The position numbers and the translations under genes are program-made. Shown here piece by piece: positions 48,963 through 59,578 of a stretch of DNA of 64,000 nt. Position 1 is the first letter of the stretch. Each line of letters starts with the position of its first letter. The DNA comes from Parcubacteria group bacterium (GTDB lineage Bacteria > Patescibacteriota > Minisyncoccia > Moranbacterales > UBA9337), in assembly GCA_041662245.1 (NCBI GenBank), contig JBAZSW010000005.1, positions 57,837 to 121,836 of the forward strand. The letters are read 5' to 3'. Below the pieces are notes generated by a model. That model was not told the DNA's origin. It was given only the letters and a program-made list of their open reading frames with translations, and did no database searches.

Positions 48963-49664
48963 ATGTCAGGAGAAATAATTTTAATTATATTTCAGGTATT
49001 TATATTAATAATGTCAGTGGTGGTACATGAGGTATCTCACGGACTAATGGCTTTTAAATTGGGCGATTCAACTGCCAAATATGCTGATAGACTGAGTTTA
49101 AATCCAATTAAACATTTTGATCTGTGGGGCTCTTTGATTGTGCCATTTTTTATGATTATTAGCTTTGGTTTTGGATTTGGTTGGGCTAAACCGGTTCCTT
49201 ATAATCCTTACAATCTCAAAGACCAAAAAATGGGACCAGCTTGGGTAGCTTTGGCGGGACCAGCTTCTAATATTTTAGTGGCAATAATTTTTGGTTTAGG
49301 GGCGAGATTTATAGCCTTAAATTATATGATTAAGCTAGAAATAATCAAAAATTTGTTTAATTTTAGCGGGTTAAGCCCTCTTTTGTCTGGGTCATTTCCT
49401 GCCATATTTTTTTGGTTATTTATGATGATTATGGCGATTAATATTTTTTTGGCTGTTTTTAATCTCATTCCCATTCCGCCGCTAGACGGTTCTAAATTAC
49501 TTTTTGCAGTTGTCCCCATGAGCGACAAAAGTAAATTAATATTTGAACAGTTTGGGTTTGTATTTCTGTTGATAATCATATTTTTCTTATCTGCTCCTGT
49601 GAGTTATCTTTTGGGTGGGGTATTATCTTTATTTTTTCGATATATTGTTGGAATAGGAATTTAA
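48963..49664 (+). CDS. Site-2 protease (peptidase M50)
   Basis: HEVSH, AGPASN, FNLIPIPPLDG. Confidence 0.93.
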   Translation: MSGEIILIIFQVFILIMSVVVHEVSHGLMAFKLGDSTAKYADRLSLNPIKHFDLWGSLIVPFFMIISFGFGFGWAKPVPYNPYNLKDQKMGPAWVALAGPASNILVAIIFGLGARFIALNYMIKLEIIKNLFNFSGLSPLLSGSFPAIFFWLFMMIMAINIFLAVFNLIPIPPLDGSKLLFAVVPMSDKSKLIFEQFGFVFLLIIIFFLSAPVSYLLGGVLSLFFRYIVGIGI

Positions 49665-49710
49665 TTTGATAAAATCAAAAATAGTTTATAAATTTATAGC
49701 AGATAATAAT

Positions 49711-50661
49711 ATGCAAGAAATTAATGAAAAAAAACTAAATATTTCCGTGGTGGTTCCTATATTTAACGAAGAGGAAAATGTTGCTAAATTACATAGCCGG
49801 ATTTTAGAAGAGTGTCAAAAGCTGGAAAGAAGTTTTGAAATAATTTTTATTAATGATGGTTCTTCGGATAAGACCTTAGAGGAATGCAAAAAGCTAAGTC
49901 CTCTGAAATTAATAAATTTTAGAAAAAATTATGGTCAGACAGCAGCTTTTGATGCTGGTTTTCAAGCGTCTCAAGGAGAGATAGTAATAACCATGGACGG
50001 TGATTTGCAAAATGATCCTGCCGATATAAATAAATTGCTAGATAAAATAGCAGAGGGGTTTGACGTAGTAAGCGGTTGGAGATTTCAAAGGAAAGATTCT
50101 TTGAGTAAAAAAATATTTTCTCGGGGAGCTAATTTGTTACGAAAATTTTTTATTCAAGATAACATTCATGATAGTGGTTGCAGTCTGAAAGCTTATAAAC
50201 GAGAGTGCTTTAATGATTTAGAACTTTTTGGAGAAATGCATCGCTTTATTCCTGCTCTCTTGGAAATGGATGGATTTAAGGTAGCGGAAGTGAAAGTTTC
50301 GCATCATCCTCGGATAGCGGGGGTAACAAAATATAATTGGAGGAGAGCTTTTAAGGGAATGGTAGATATGATGTCCATTTGGTTTTGGAGAAAATATGCC
50401 AACCGGCCACTTCATCTTTTTGGAGCTAGCGGAGTGATTTTATCAGTTGCTGGAATAGGAATTCTAATTTGGATGTTTATAGAAAAAGTTTTCTTTGCGC
50501 AATCTATTGGAGAAAGAATTTGGCCGATGATAGGCGTGATGTTTACTCTAGTGGGCGTGCAACTCTTTATCTCGGGACTTTTAGCGGATATTATTATTAA
50601 AAATTATTTCAAAGCTAAAAATCATCGCGGATATTATATTAAAGAAGTTATTAATAATTAG
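49711..50661 (+). CDS. Glycosyltransferase family 2 (ArnC/DPM1-like)
   Basis: VVPIFNEE, NDGSSD, MDGDLQNDP, two C-terminal TM helices. Confidence 0.93.
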   Translation: MQEINEKKLNISVVVPIFNEEENVAKLHSRILEECQKLERSFEIIFINDGSSDKTLEECKKLSPLKLINFRKNYGQTAAFDAGFQASQGEIVITMDGDLQNDPADINKLLDKIAEGFDVVSGWRFQRKDSLSKKIFSRGANLLRKFFIQDNIHDSGCSLKAYKRECFNDLELFGEMHRFIPALLEMDGFKVAEVKVSHHPRIAGVTKYNWRRAFKGMVDMMSIWFWRKYANRPLHLFGASGVILSVAGIGILIWMFIEKVFFAQSIGERIWPMIGVMFTLVGVQLFISGLLADIIIKNYFKAKNHRGYYIKEVINN

Positions 50662-50880
50662 GAATTTAAGAATCTAGGAATTTGGTAATCTGAAAATTTG
50701 AGAATAAGCCAAAATAATATAAAAAGCTCTCTCTATGTCTGAGGGAGTTTTTTTACAAAATTTTCCTTGACAAAAATTGATTTTAGTAGTATTTTAACTG
50801 GAAACAAAAAAAGTACTTTATTAGGGGGAGAGGTGCGGTTTTGCCTTAAATTATAAGAGAAAAAAACGAGGAGAGAGATT

Positions 50881-51429
50881 ATGACGCAAGCTATCAGAAA
50901 TTATTTATTGGCAGATGGTAACATTGGTTCAATTTTATTGGTGGCGGTTGTCTTTTTGATAGGTGCCATTGGGGCTATTTTTTATGCAGCTTTTTTAACC
51001 AAAAAAATATTTGGAGCTTGGAATGACATTTCGGATTCCTTTGTTTGTGAATTGAATTCTATCGGTTTAGATATCGTCAATGTCTTAATTGAAATTGCGA
51101 TGATTGGAGCCGATAAGCATGCGGCATTTGCAATTGGAAAAGTAAAGCAAGAAATTGCAAATAGTAGCGCCAATCCTAATTTCTTTATCAATTTACTTGA
51201 ATTTTCTGAAAAAATTCATGACAATAATCATACTCAAGTTTTGAATAGCGATTATGCCAAAGCAAGGGAAGCTATCAAGGAGGCTATTGCATTGGCGGGG
51301 GCATATCAAAAAGTCAAAGGACTTGAAGAATTCGCTCAGTTGGCCGTCAAAACATCTGAGGCGAAGAAAGAAATCGCTGACGCTGCTGAAAATCTGAGGG
51401 GTATTCTCTATGGTCTTAAGCAAGCCTAG
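50881..51429 (+). CDS. Hypothetical membrane-anchored protein
   Basis: SD GAGGAG, TTGACA promoter, terminator downstream. Confidence 0.65.
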   Translation: MTQAIRNYLLADGNIGSILLVAVVFLIGAIGAIFYAAFLTKKIFGAWNDISDSFVCELNSIGLDIVNVLIEIAMIGADKHAAFAIGKVKQEIANSSANPNFFINLLEFSEKIHDNNHTQVLNSDYAKAREAIKEAIALAGAYQKVKGLEEFAQLAVKTSEAKKEIADAAENLRGILYGLKQA

Positions 51430-51618
51430 AGATAATCTTATTTTGCTTGAAAACTTCTTGATTAGATATTAATCAAGAAGTTTTTTATGTAAAAAACTAA
51501 AAAATAAATAAAAAAAGTGAAAAGTGAGGGATGTGGATAACTCATGAAAATGGCTCAAAATAAGGATAATTTCAGAGGCTTGCCAGCATTTTATCTTGTG
51601 GTATAATTACCCTGTAAC

Positions 51619-51634
51619 ATACAACATGTAGTGT
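51619..51634 (+). promoter_or_regulatory. NrdR box
   Basis: ATACAACATGTAGTGT fits acaCwAtATaTwGtgt; just after TGGTATAAT, upstream of nrdR-nrdD. Confidence 0.7.
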
Positions 51635-51718
51635 AAATATTCATTTAAACATAAAAATAGTCAAATAGCAAGGGTAAAATAACGGCATATATTTAGATGT
51701 TTAAATAAAAATAAAAAT

Positions 51719-52180
51719 ATGATTTGTCCAGCCTGTAATCATCCTGATACAAAAGTGGTTGATTCTCGCGATACCAACGAAGGCAAAGCTATCCGAAGAC
51801 GAAGAGAATGCGAGAAATGCAAGACCAGATTTAGCACTTATGAGGAAATAGAAATTATGAGACTTCTGGTGATAAAGAGAAATGGAGAAAAAGAAGAATA
51901 TAATCAGGAAAAAATAATAAAGGGAATCGAAAAGTCTCTGGAAAAGAGACCTGTCAATCAGGAAAAAAAAGAAAAGTTAGTAAATGAAATAGAATACCAA
52001 GTGCACATTAAAAGTAAGCAAGGTGAGATAGCTAGCAAAGAAGTGGGAAAAATAATTTTAGATAAGCTTAAGGAGATTGATGATGTAGCTTATTTGAGGT
52101 TTGCTAGCGTATATAAATCCTTTGGTAGTTTAAATAGTTTTAAAAAAGAACTAGAAAAGTTAGAAGAAGAAGAAAAATAA
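51719..52180 (+). CDS. nrdR: Transcriptional repressor NrdR
   Basis: CPAC..VVDSR..IRRRRECEKC, ATP cone, VAYLRFASVY. Confidence 0.97.
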   Translation: MICPACNHPDTKVVDSRDTNEGKAIRRRRECEKCKTRFSTYEEIEIMRLLVIKRNGEKEEYNQEKIIKGIEKSLEKRPVNQEKKEKLVNEIEYQVHIKSKQGEIASKEVGKIILDKLKEIDDVAYLRFASVYKSFGSLNSFKKELEKLEEEEK

Positions 52181-52262
52181 AATATAAAAATAATCTATAA
52201 TTTTCTTAGAAAATCAATCCGCCTGTGCTAGAGCTTTGGCGAGACAAGAAAAAAATAAAAAT

Positions 52263-54365
52263 ATGACTCAAAAGAAAAAAATAACAAATGAAGGAAAAGG
52301 GGTAGAAAAGAAACAAGAAGCTCAAAAAATAGTTGCTAAAATTATTAAAAGGAGTGGTAAGGTAGTTCCTTTTAGTGAAGAAAAAATAGTCAAAGCTGTT
52401 TTTAAAGCGTTCAAAGAGACTGAGGAGGGAGATTTGAAGGATGCCGAGAAAGTGGCCAAAAAAGTAACTCAACTTTTAAGCAAAAGTTTTCGTAAAGGTT
52501 ATGTACCAGAGATTGAAGAGATTCAAGATACGGTAGAAAAAGTTTTGATGATATTGGATTTTGAGGTAACTGCTAAAGCTTATATTCTTTATCGCGAACA
52601 ACATCGCAAAGTGCGAGAAACGGAAGAAGTTTTGGATGAGGCTGTAAGTTTGGTAGATAAATATATTGACGAATCAGATTGGCGAGTTAAGGAAAATTCT
52701 AATATGGGGTTTTCGTTGCAGGGTTTAAATAATTTTATCTCTTCGGCAGTTAGCGCTAAATATTGGATGAACAAGGTTTACACCAAAAATATTCGAGATG
52801 CTCATGAAGATGGAGATTTGCATGTACATGATTTGCAAATGGTGGCCGCGTATTGCTGTGGATGGGATTTGCATGATCTATTGATTAGGGGTTTTGGTGG
52901 AGTTCCTGGAAAAGTTCATTCTGGACCAGCTAAACATTTTCGAAGTGCGCTGGGACAAATGGTGAATTTTATTTATACTTTGCAGGGTGAAGCTAATGGC
53001 GCACAGGCTTTTGCTAATTTTGATACATTGTTGGCTCCTTTCGTTTATTACGACAAATTAAATTATAAAGAAGTGAAACAGGCTATCCAAGAATTTGTTT
53101 TCAATATGAATGTTCCGACTCGAGTGGGGTTCCAAACACCTTTTTCTAATATTACTTTAGATTTACAAGTACCTTCTAACTATAAAGATGAAGCTGTAAT
53201 TATTGGAGGAAAACCTTTAAGAAAGAAATATGGATCTTTCCAAAAAGAGATGAATATGATTAATCGAGCTTTTGCAGAAGTGATGAGCAAAGGTGATTCT
53301 CAAAACAGGGTATTTACTTTTCCGATTCCCACCTACAATATTTCTAAAGATTTTAATTGGGAGGATAAGGCGTTGGAGCCAGTTTGGGAAATGACCGCTA
53401 AATATGGGATGCCTTATTTTGCTAATTTTATTAATTCTGATATGAGTCCTGATGATGCTAGAAGTATGTGTTGTCGACTTAGGTTGGATAATCGTGAATT
53501 ACAAAGAAGGGGTGGAGGACTTTTTGGCGCCAATCCTATGACTGGTTCAATCGGGGTGGTGACTATTAATATGCCAAGAATCGGATATTTGGCAAAAGAT
53601 AAAAAAGATTTTTTTAGCAGATTGGATAAATTGATGGATATTGCCAAAGAAAGCTTAGAACTAAAAAGAGTTTTTATAGAAAAACTAACGGAAGCGGGAT
53701 TATATCCATATTCTAGATATTATTTAAGAGATATTAAAATGAGAAGGGGTGCATATTGGGGCAATCATTTTTCTACTATAGGGCTTTTGGGGATGAATGA
53801 GGCATTATTAAATCTTTTTGGAAAAGGAATTGCAACTAAGGAAGGAAATCTTTTTGCGCAGAAAGTTTTAGATCATATGCGAAGCAAAATGATTAAGTAC
53901 CAAAAAGAGACTGGCAATATGTATAATTTGGAAGCTACTCCCGCTGAAGGGACCACTTATCGCTTAGCAAATTTAGATAGAAAAAAATTCCCTGAAATAA
54001 TTTTTGCTAATAATGAATCAGTTAAAGCGGGAGCTGCTGAACCATATTATACCAATTCTTCTCAACTGCCAGTGGGTTATACTAGCGATATTTTTGAAGC
54101 TTTGGATCTACAAGACAATCTTCAAACTAAATATACTGGAGGAACAGTATTGCATGGATTTTTAGGTGAAAAGATTAATGATATAGAAGTGGTTAAAAAT
54201 TTGGTAAGAACTATTGCAACCAAGTATGCTCTTCCTTATTTCACTTTTACTCCGACCTTTAGCATTTGTCCGGAACACGGATATATAGCAGGGGAGCATC
54301 ATACCTGCCCAAAATGTAAAATAGCTATGAAAAAAGAAGATGTAAAGTTCGAGAAGGTGAGATAA
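52263..54365 (+). CDS. nrdD: Anaerobic ribonucleoside-triphosphate reductase, large part (lacks glycyl-radical tail)
   Basis: ATP cone, YCCGW, SMCCRL, EATPAEG, CPEHG..CPKC. Confidence 0.93.
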   Translation: MTQKKKITNEGKGVEKKQEAQKIVAKIIKRSGKVVPFSEEKIVKAVFKAFKETEEGDLKDAEKVAKKVTQLLSKSFRKGYVPEIEEIQDTVEKVLMILDFEVTAKAYILYREQHRKVRETEEVLDEAVSLVDKYIDESDWRVKENSNMGFSLQGLNNFISSAVSAKYWMNKVYTKNIRDAHEDGDLHVHDLQMVAAYCCGWDLHDLLIRGFGGVPGKVHSGPAKHFRSALGQMVNFIYTLQGEANGAQAFANFDTLLAPFVYYDKLNYKEVKQAIQEFVFNMNVPTRVGFQTPFSNITLDLQVPSNYKDEAVIIGGKPLRKKYGSFQKEMNMINRAFAEVMSKGDSQNRVFTFPIPTYNISKDFNWEDKALEPVWEMTAKYGMPYFANFINSDMSPDDARSMCCRLRLDNRELQRRGGGLFGANPMTGSIGVVTINMPRIGYLAKDKKDFFSRLDKLMDIAKESLELKRVFIEKLTEAGLYPYSRYYLRDIKMRRGAYWGNHFSTIGLLGMNEALLNLFGKGIATKEGNLFAQKVLDHMRSKMIKYQKETGNMYNLEATPAEGTTYRLANLDRKKFPEIIFANNESVKAGAAEPYYTNSSQLPVGYTSDIFEALDLQDNLQTKYTGGTVLHGFLGEKINDIEVVKNLVRTIATKYALPYFTFTPTFSICPEHGYIAGEHHTCPKCKIAMKKEDVKFEKVR

Positions 54366-54538
54366 TCTTTAAAAAATTGGGAATTTGTAAATCAAGAGCA
54401 GACAACTAATTGCTCGCAAGAGCATTTGAAATAACTCTATTTGAATACAATTTATTGTTATTTGAGGAGAGTGATAAATAAAAAAAATAAAAAATAAATT
54501 TATAAATTGTGGAAATACAATTTATAAATTAAAAAAAT

Positions 54539-54832
54539 ATGGAAAACAAATTAATTTGTCATGATTGTGGCAAAGAATTAGTCAAAGGTGATGAGTATGT
54601 CAATTATACTCAAGATGAAAAAACTTATTTGGTAAAATGTCGCGAATGTTATGAAAAAAATTCAGTTATTGAGAATTTTCAACCTTGCGATGTGTATAGC
54701 CGGGTAGTGGGATTTCATACTCCAATTCAAAGATGGAATAAAGCTAAGACGGCTGAATGGAAGGATAGAAAAACTTTCAAGGTGGATGAATCTGAAAATA
54801 AGGATGATTCTGATACTAAAAAAGATTGTTAA
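54539..54832 (+). CDS. Separate NrdD C-terminal glycyl-radical domain with zinc ribbon
   Basis: CHDC..CREC; CDVYSRVVGFHTPIQRWNKAK.AEW.DR. Confidence 0.88.
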   Translation: MENKLICHDCGKELVKGDEYVNYTQDEKTYLVKCRECYEKNSVIENFQPCDVYSRVVGFHTPIQRWNKAKTAEWKDRKTFKVDESENKDDSDTKKDC

Positions 54833-55019
54833 TTGTAACAACACTTTGGGCTAAAAAAGATAGTAGGGCGATTTCTATTTCAGAAATCGCCCTAAAAAGA
54901 CTCAATATTTTTTAATCTTTCCATGAGTTTGGTTTAAAATAATAACTTTCAATTTCCTGTGCAAGAAAATAAAAATATTAATTTGTAATACAAAATGCTT
55001 AATATATAATATTTAAGAA

Positions 55020-55718
55020 ATGAATATTGCCAGTTTTCAAAAATTTACACTATTGGATTATCCGGGGCATATCGCTACAACTGTTTTTACTGTGGGTTGT
55101 AACTTTCGTTGCTCTTTTTGTCATAACCCTGAACTAGTACTTAGCTCGCAATTTATGGTTCACAGCAATAATAATGAAAAAGATTTTTTTAAGTTTTTAA
55201 AAGAAAGAGCCGGCAAATTAGAGGCAGTCTGTATTACGGGGGGTGAGCCAACCTTGCAAAAGGATTTATTGGATTTTATGTCTAAGGTAAAAAAAATGGG
55301 ATATTTAGTAAAATTGGATACTAACGGTATGCGCCCTGATGTTTTAAAAAAAGCACTGGATTCAAAAATTGTTGATTATGTGGCGATGGATATAAAAAAT
55401 TCTCTTAAAAACTATGAAAAAACAGTATGTACGAAAGTGGACCTAGAAAGAATAAAAATGAGTGTGGAATTGATAAGAAATAGCAAAGTTGATTATGACT
55501 TTCGTACTACCGTGGTTCCTGGAATTCATAAGGAAAAAGATTTTCAAGATATCGCTCTTTGGATTGGCGGAGCAAAAAAATATTTTTTACAAAGATTTAG
55601 GGATATTAAAACATTAGATCCCGCATTAAAAGATAAAACCAGAGGGAAAAAGTTAGACTTAGAAAAAATTAAAAAGAAAATTGAAAAACATTTTGGAGAA
55701 GTAGGAATAAGGGGGTAA
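55020..55718 (+). CDS. nrdG: Anaerobic RNR activating enzyme (radical SAM)
   Basis: DYPG, CNFRCSFCHNP, ITGGEPT, KLDTNG. Confidence 0.95.
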   Translation: MNIASFQKFTLLDYPGHIATTVFTVGCNFRCSFCHNPELVLSSQFMVHSNNNEKDFFKFLKERAGKLEAVCITGGEPTLQKDLLDFMSKVKKMGYLVKLDTNGMRPDVLKKALDSKIVDYVAMDIKNSLKNYEKTVCTKVDLERIKMSVELIRNSKVDYDFRTTVVPGIHKEKDFQDIALWIGGAKKYFLQRFRDIKTLDPALKDKTRGKKLDLEKIKKKIEKHFGEVGIRG

Positions 55719-55876
55719 TTAAAACTAAAAATATCAAAGAAAGTATTTTTGTTAAATTGAATATAAATGGTGCGGGGTATTTACAAAAAACAATAATAGT
55801 GGTACAAGTAATTAGCGACTTAATAAGGGGTTGCTTTTTAGTTAAGAATAAAAACAAGAAAAGGGGAGGAAAATTC

Positions 55877-56422
55877 ATGTTAAAATGGTTCTTTTGTATT
55901 GTCTTGGTAGTGTCTATGGGTACAGGTGTGGCGGGCGCTACACTGGTATCCGACACAGTTGCCTTGGGACCCACCTCAAATTTTGAGGGGTACGTAAGCC
56001 ATGGTCGTGGCGATGTGAACTTCCTGGATGGAATTGGCGACTTTGTGGCTTGGGAGCATACATTTAATGTTGCACCTAACGCTCAAGATGCCACATTGGA
56101 AATTTCTTTTCGGGATGATGACTCTGACAGTTGGAGGCCGTCGTCTTGGGAGCTAGCCATTTTTGTCGGGGAAAGTGCTCAGATACTGGTTACTGTAGGA
56201 GAGGTCAACACCGGAGTTTGGACGACGTCAATTGACCCCAGTTTTCTTTCAGATGGGATTTTCCAAGCTGTTATCTGGAGTGTTTGGGGAGATCTCTATG
56301 TGGATTCTGCCACTTTGAGTTTTGAGTCTGTTCCTGTGGCACCTGTTCCCGAGCCAGCAACGATGTTGCTATTCGGGGCTGGACTTTCTCTATTTGGGAT
56401 AGTGAGACGCAAACAGTCATAG
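55877..56422 (+). CDS. PEP-CTERM sorting-domain protein
   Basis: Signal peptide; C-terminal VPEPATMLLFGAGLSLFGIVRRK. Confidence 0.88.
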   Translation: MLKWFFCIVLVVSMGTGVAGATLVSDTVALGPTSNFEGYVSHGRGDVNFLDGIGDFVAWEHTFNVAPNAQDATLEISFRDDDSDSWRPSSWELAIFVGESAQILVTVGEVNTGVWTTSIDPSFLSDGIFQAVIWSVWGDLYVDSATLSFESVPVAPVPEPATMLLFGAGLSLFGIVRRKQS

Positions 56423-56624
56423 CGTCTTGTCGCAAAAGCACAACTCTCGGAGAGGATTTGTAATCCTTTTCGAGAGTTTTTTAATTTATAAATTAAATTA
56501 AATTTGGTTATTTCCTAAAATAAAAAAGTGTGGTACATTTTGAATATTAAAAAGTTCTTTGAAGAATTAAGTGAAATTTTTTCTGCTGGTTAACCTTATA
56601 AAAACTATATGGAGGCATAAAATT

Positions 56625-56825
56625 ATGCGAGGACATTATTCATCATGGTTATATGGAGAGAAACAACAGCATTTTTCTGGTAATACTCATGAGTGTCAAA
56701 AATGCGGGGAAAAATTTCCACCCAACAGTGCCAATTGTATAAAGTGTGGTTCCATGGAAGTTATCGCATTGAGAAACGATCCTCGTTTTTTTCAGTGTGC
56801 TCAAAGAGGAGAAAATAATGAATAG
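56625..56825 (+). CDS. Small zinc-ribbon protein
   Basis: CQKC...CIKC; SD GGAGG. Confidence 0.6.
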   Translation: MRGHYSSWLYGEKQQHFSGNTHECQKCGEKFPPNSANCIKCGSMEVIALRNDPRFFQCAQRGENNE

Positions 56826-57000
56826 GAAACCTTTGAATAATATCAGTGAAATTATCGCTCGCTTGCGAACCTCAGATGGAGCAAAAGATTTCAGGGAAAG
56901 ATTGAGAAAGAACGAAATTTTGACGGAGGAAGAACTTTTAAAATGCTATGTATTTGATCGAGATACGCTAAGGGACCATTGTGATCCCGTGGGTGATTAA
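56818..57000 (+). CDS. Small hypothetical protein
   Basis: SD AGGAG, overlaps previous stop. Confidence 0.5.
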   Translation: MNRKPLNNISEIIARLRTSDGAKDFRERLRKNEILTEEELLKCYVFDRDTLRDHCDPVGD

Positions 57001-57110
57001 TCGCCATAGATACATATATTATATAAAGAGACGATTTTCGCAAATGTGAAAATGTGTCTCTTTTTTTAAAATAAAAATCCCGCTCGGATATTAATAATCT
57101 AAGCGGGGTT

Positions 57111-57581
57111 TTAAAAAATATGGCCTCCATAGTCTAGAATTCTTCCACTAGTGGCAATATTGTCGCTGTGAGATATTTCACTTAGAAATGCCAGTTCTCC
57201 GCATTTGCGATTATGAGCGGATGCAATTAGCTTGTTAGAATAATCTTTTTCTACATCATCACGTTCTTGAATATTGATAATATAAAAAAACGTAAAAAGT
57301 GTAGGGACGTATCGGGTGTAATCGGGGCATCTTTTCCAGCGGTGGTACTCTGTATAATTGGCCCTAAAACAGGCCCAAAGCATATCTGTTAGAAGTTGAG
57401 TACGACTATGTCTGCGAAGTCTTTTAAAGGCAATCTTATCCCCAAACCTGCGTCTGTCGTATTCTAAATATAACAATTTGCAAATTAGATCAAATATACG
57501 GATGCGAACAATTTTATAAGCATAAGAACCCGTAACTATTACAATACGAGTTTTGCCTATGCGGATCTTGGTGCAATTCAT
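57111..57581 (-). CDS. Hypothetical protein
   Basis: SD AGGAG, 156 aa. Confidence 0.6.
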   Translation of the reverse strand: MNCTKIRIGKTRIVIVTGSYAYKIVRIRIFDLICKLLYLEYDRRRFGDKIAFKRLRRHSRTQLLTDMLWACFRANYTEYHRWKRCPDYTRYVPTLFTFFYIINIQERDDVEKDYSNKLIASAHNRKCGELAFLSEISHSDNIATSGRILDYGGHIF

Positions 57582-57735
57582 GGCAGTTTCTCCTATTGAG
57601 ATAGATTTTTAATCAAAGAACTTTTTCAATATTTTAGTGCATTACGGAATAAATAGCAAGAGAGGGATTCTCTTGAAAAAAAGTCTATTTTACATTAAAC
57701 TAAGGTAAGGTAATATACTGATATTTTAAATTTAT

Positions 57736-59058
57736 ATGAAATATTTTAAGATCAACGGAGGCAAAAAACTTTCTGGAAAGATTGTAGTAAATGGTTCTAA
57801 AAATGCAGCAGTGGCATTGTTTGCAGCAGCGATGATAAACAAGGGTAAGACTACGCTAAAAAACGTTCCCCAAATCGAGGAAGTTAATCGTTGGGTAGAA
57901 GTTTTAGAAAGCATTGGGGTAAAAATAGAGAGAAAGGAGAAGACAATTATTTTAACTCCTCCAGCTAAAATTAAAATAGAAAATATCAATCAAGAAGCAG
58001 CGCAAAAAACCAGAAGCGTCATCATGCTAATTAGCGCCTTGATTGGAAAATCAAAAAAATATTTTATTCCTCAAGCGGGGGGTTGCAAATTGGGAGAACG
58101 AACTATTCGTCCCCATCTTTTTGCGATAGAAAAATTTGGAGTGAAAATAAAAGCGGTTGATTGTGGATTTGAAATTAATACAGAAAATTTTAAACCTGCT
58201 AAAAAAATAATACTTTACGAATCGGGAGATACTGTAACGGAAACAGCTTTGATGGCGGCGGCTCAAAGTTCAACTAAAACCATTATAAAAATGGCAACGG
58301 CTAATTATATGGTGCAGGACGTTTGTTTTTTTCTAGAAAAATTGGGCGTAAAAATTAAGGGAATTGGAAGCGGAACATTGGAGGTGACGGGAGTAAAGGA
58401 TATAAATAAGGATGTTACTTATGAAATTAGTGAAGATCCGATTGAAGCGATGTTTTTTATTTCAACGGCTATTGTTACTAGAAGCAAGCTAACAATTCAG
58501 AGATGTCCGATTGAGTTTTTAGAATTAGAACTTTTAAAATTAGAAAAAATGGGTCAAAGATATAATATTTTGAAAGAATATAAGTCTAAAAATGGAAAAA
58601 CTGATTTGGTAGATATTGAAATTATACCTTCTAAACTAATCGCTCCTCAGGATAAAATTCACGGGTTACCTTTCCCAGGAATTAATATGGATAATCTGCC
58701 ATTTTTTGTACCAATAGTTTCTTTGGCTGAGGGACGCACACTCATTCATGATTGGTCTTTTGAAAACCGAGCTATCTATTTCGTGGACTTAAATAGGCTT
58801 GGTGCCAAGATTTCTCTTTTGGATCCACATCGAGTTTATGTAGAGGGACCAATTGAATTTAGGTCAGCCGAGATGATGAGTCCGCCAGCACTGCGACCAG
58901 CAGCTATAATTTTGGTAGCGATGCTGGCCGCTAAAGGAAATTCAATTTTGCGGGACGTATATTCAATTAATCGAGGTTATGAGAATTTGGAAGAAAGATT
59001 GCAAAGCGTAGGAGCTGACATTGAGCTGAAAGATGATGAGGGGAGTTTAGAGATGTAG
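57736..59058 (+). CDS. murA: UDP-N-acetylglucosamine 1-carboxyvinyltransferase
   Basis: GSKNAA, AGGCKLGER, INRGYE. Confidence 0.95.
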   Translation: MKYFKINGGKKLSGKIVVNGSKNAAVALFAAAMINKGKTTLKNVPQIEEVNRWVEVLESIGVKIERKEKTIILTPPAKIKIENINQEAAQKTRSVIMLISALIGKSKKYFIPQAGGCKLGERTIRPHLFAIEKFGVKIKAVDCGFEINTENFKPAKKIILYESGDTVTETALMAAAQSSTKTIIKMATANYMVQDVCFFLEKLGVKIKGIGSGTLEVTGVKDINKDVTYEISEDPIEAMFFISTAIVTRSKLTIQRCPIEFLELELLKLEKMGQRYNILKEYKSKNGKTDLVDIEIIPSKLIAPQDKIHGLPFPGINMDNLPFFVPIVSLAEGRTLIHDWSFENRAIYFVDLNRLGAKISLLDPHRVYVEGPIEFRSAEMMSPPALRPAAIILVAMLAAKGNSILRDVYSINRGYENLEERLQSVGADIELKDDEGSLEM

Positions 59059-59128
59059 GGGTAATTAAAAATTCAAAGTGCAAAGTTAAAAGTTGCAGTT
59101 CAAAATTCAAAATTATTTGTTAAATCAT

Positions 59129-59578
59129 ATGAACAAAAAGGAACAAAAACCAGGCAAAGATTATATCGGGGTAGGCGGAGGAGTTTTGATTTTTAATGAC
59201 AAGAAAGAGATCCTACTTTTAAAAAGAACAAATAAGACTAGAAATGAAGCGGGATATTGGGAGAAGCCGGGGGGAATGGTTGGTTACAATGAGAAAGCGA
59301 TTATTGCTATGAAGAGAGAAATAAAGGAAGAAGTTAATTTAAATATAAATATTTGGGGTTATCTCCCTCACACTGATCACATAATGAAAAGAGAAGGACA
59401 GCACTGGGTAGCCTTCAATTATTTGGCTAGTGTAAAATCAGGTGAGTTTAAAAATATGGAGCCGCACAAACACGATGAAGTGAAATGGTTTACTCTAGAT
59501 AAATTACCTAAAAAAATTAGTCAAACAACTAGAGAATCAATTAAGAATTATAGGGAGAAAAAATATATTAAAATTTAA
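59129..59578 (+). CDS. NUDIX hydrolase
   Basis: PGG....E....AMKREIKEEV. Confidence 0.88.
   Translation: MNKKEQKPGKDYIGVGGGVLIFNDKKEILLLKRTNKTRNEAGYWEKPGGMVGYNEKAIIAMKREIKEEVNLNINIWGYLPHTDHIMKREGQHWVAFNYLASVKSGEFKNMEPHKHDEVKWFTLDKLPKKISQTTRESIKNYREKKYIKI

Noticed and set aside
51586-51601. Second NrdR box
   Set aside because: Weak match lacking key conserved positions; it coincides with the promoter spacer
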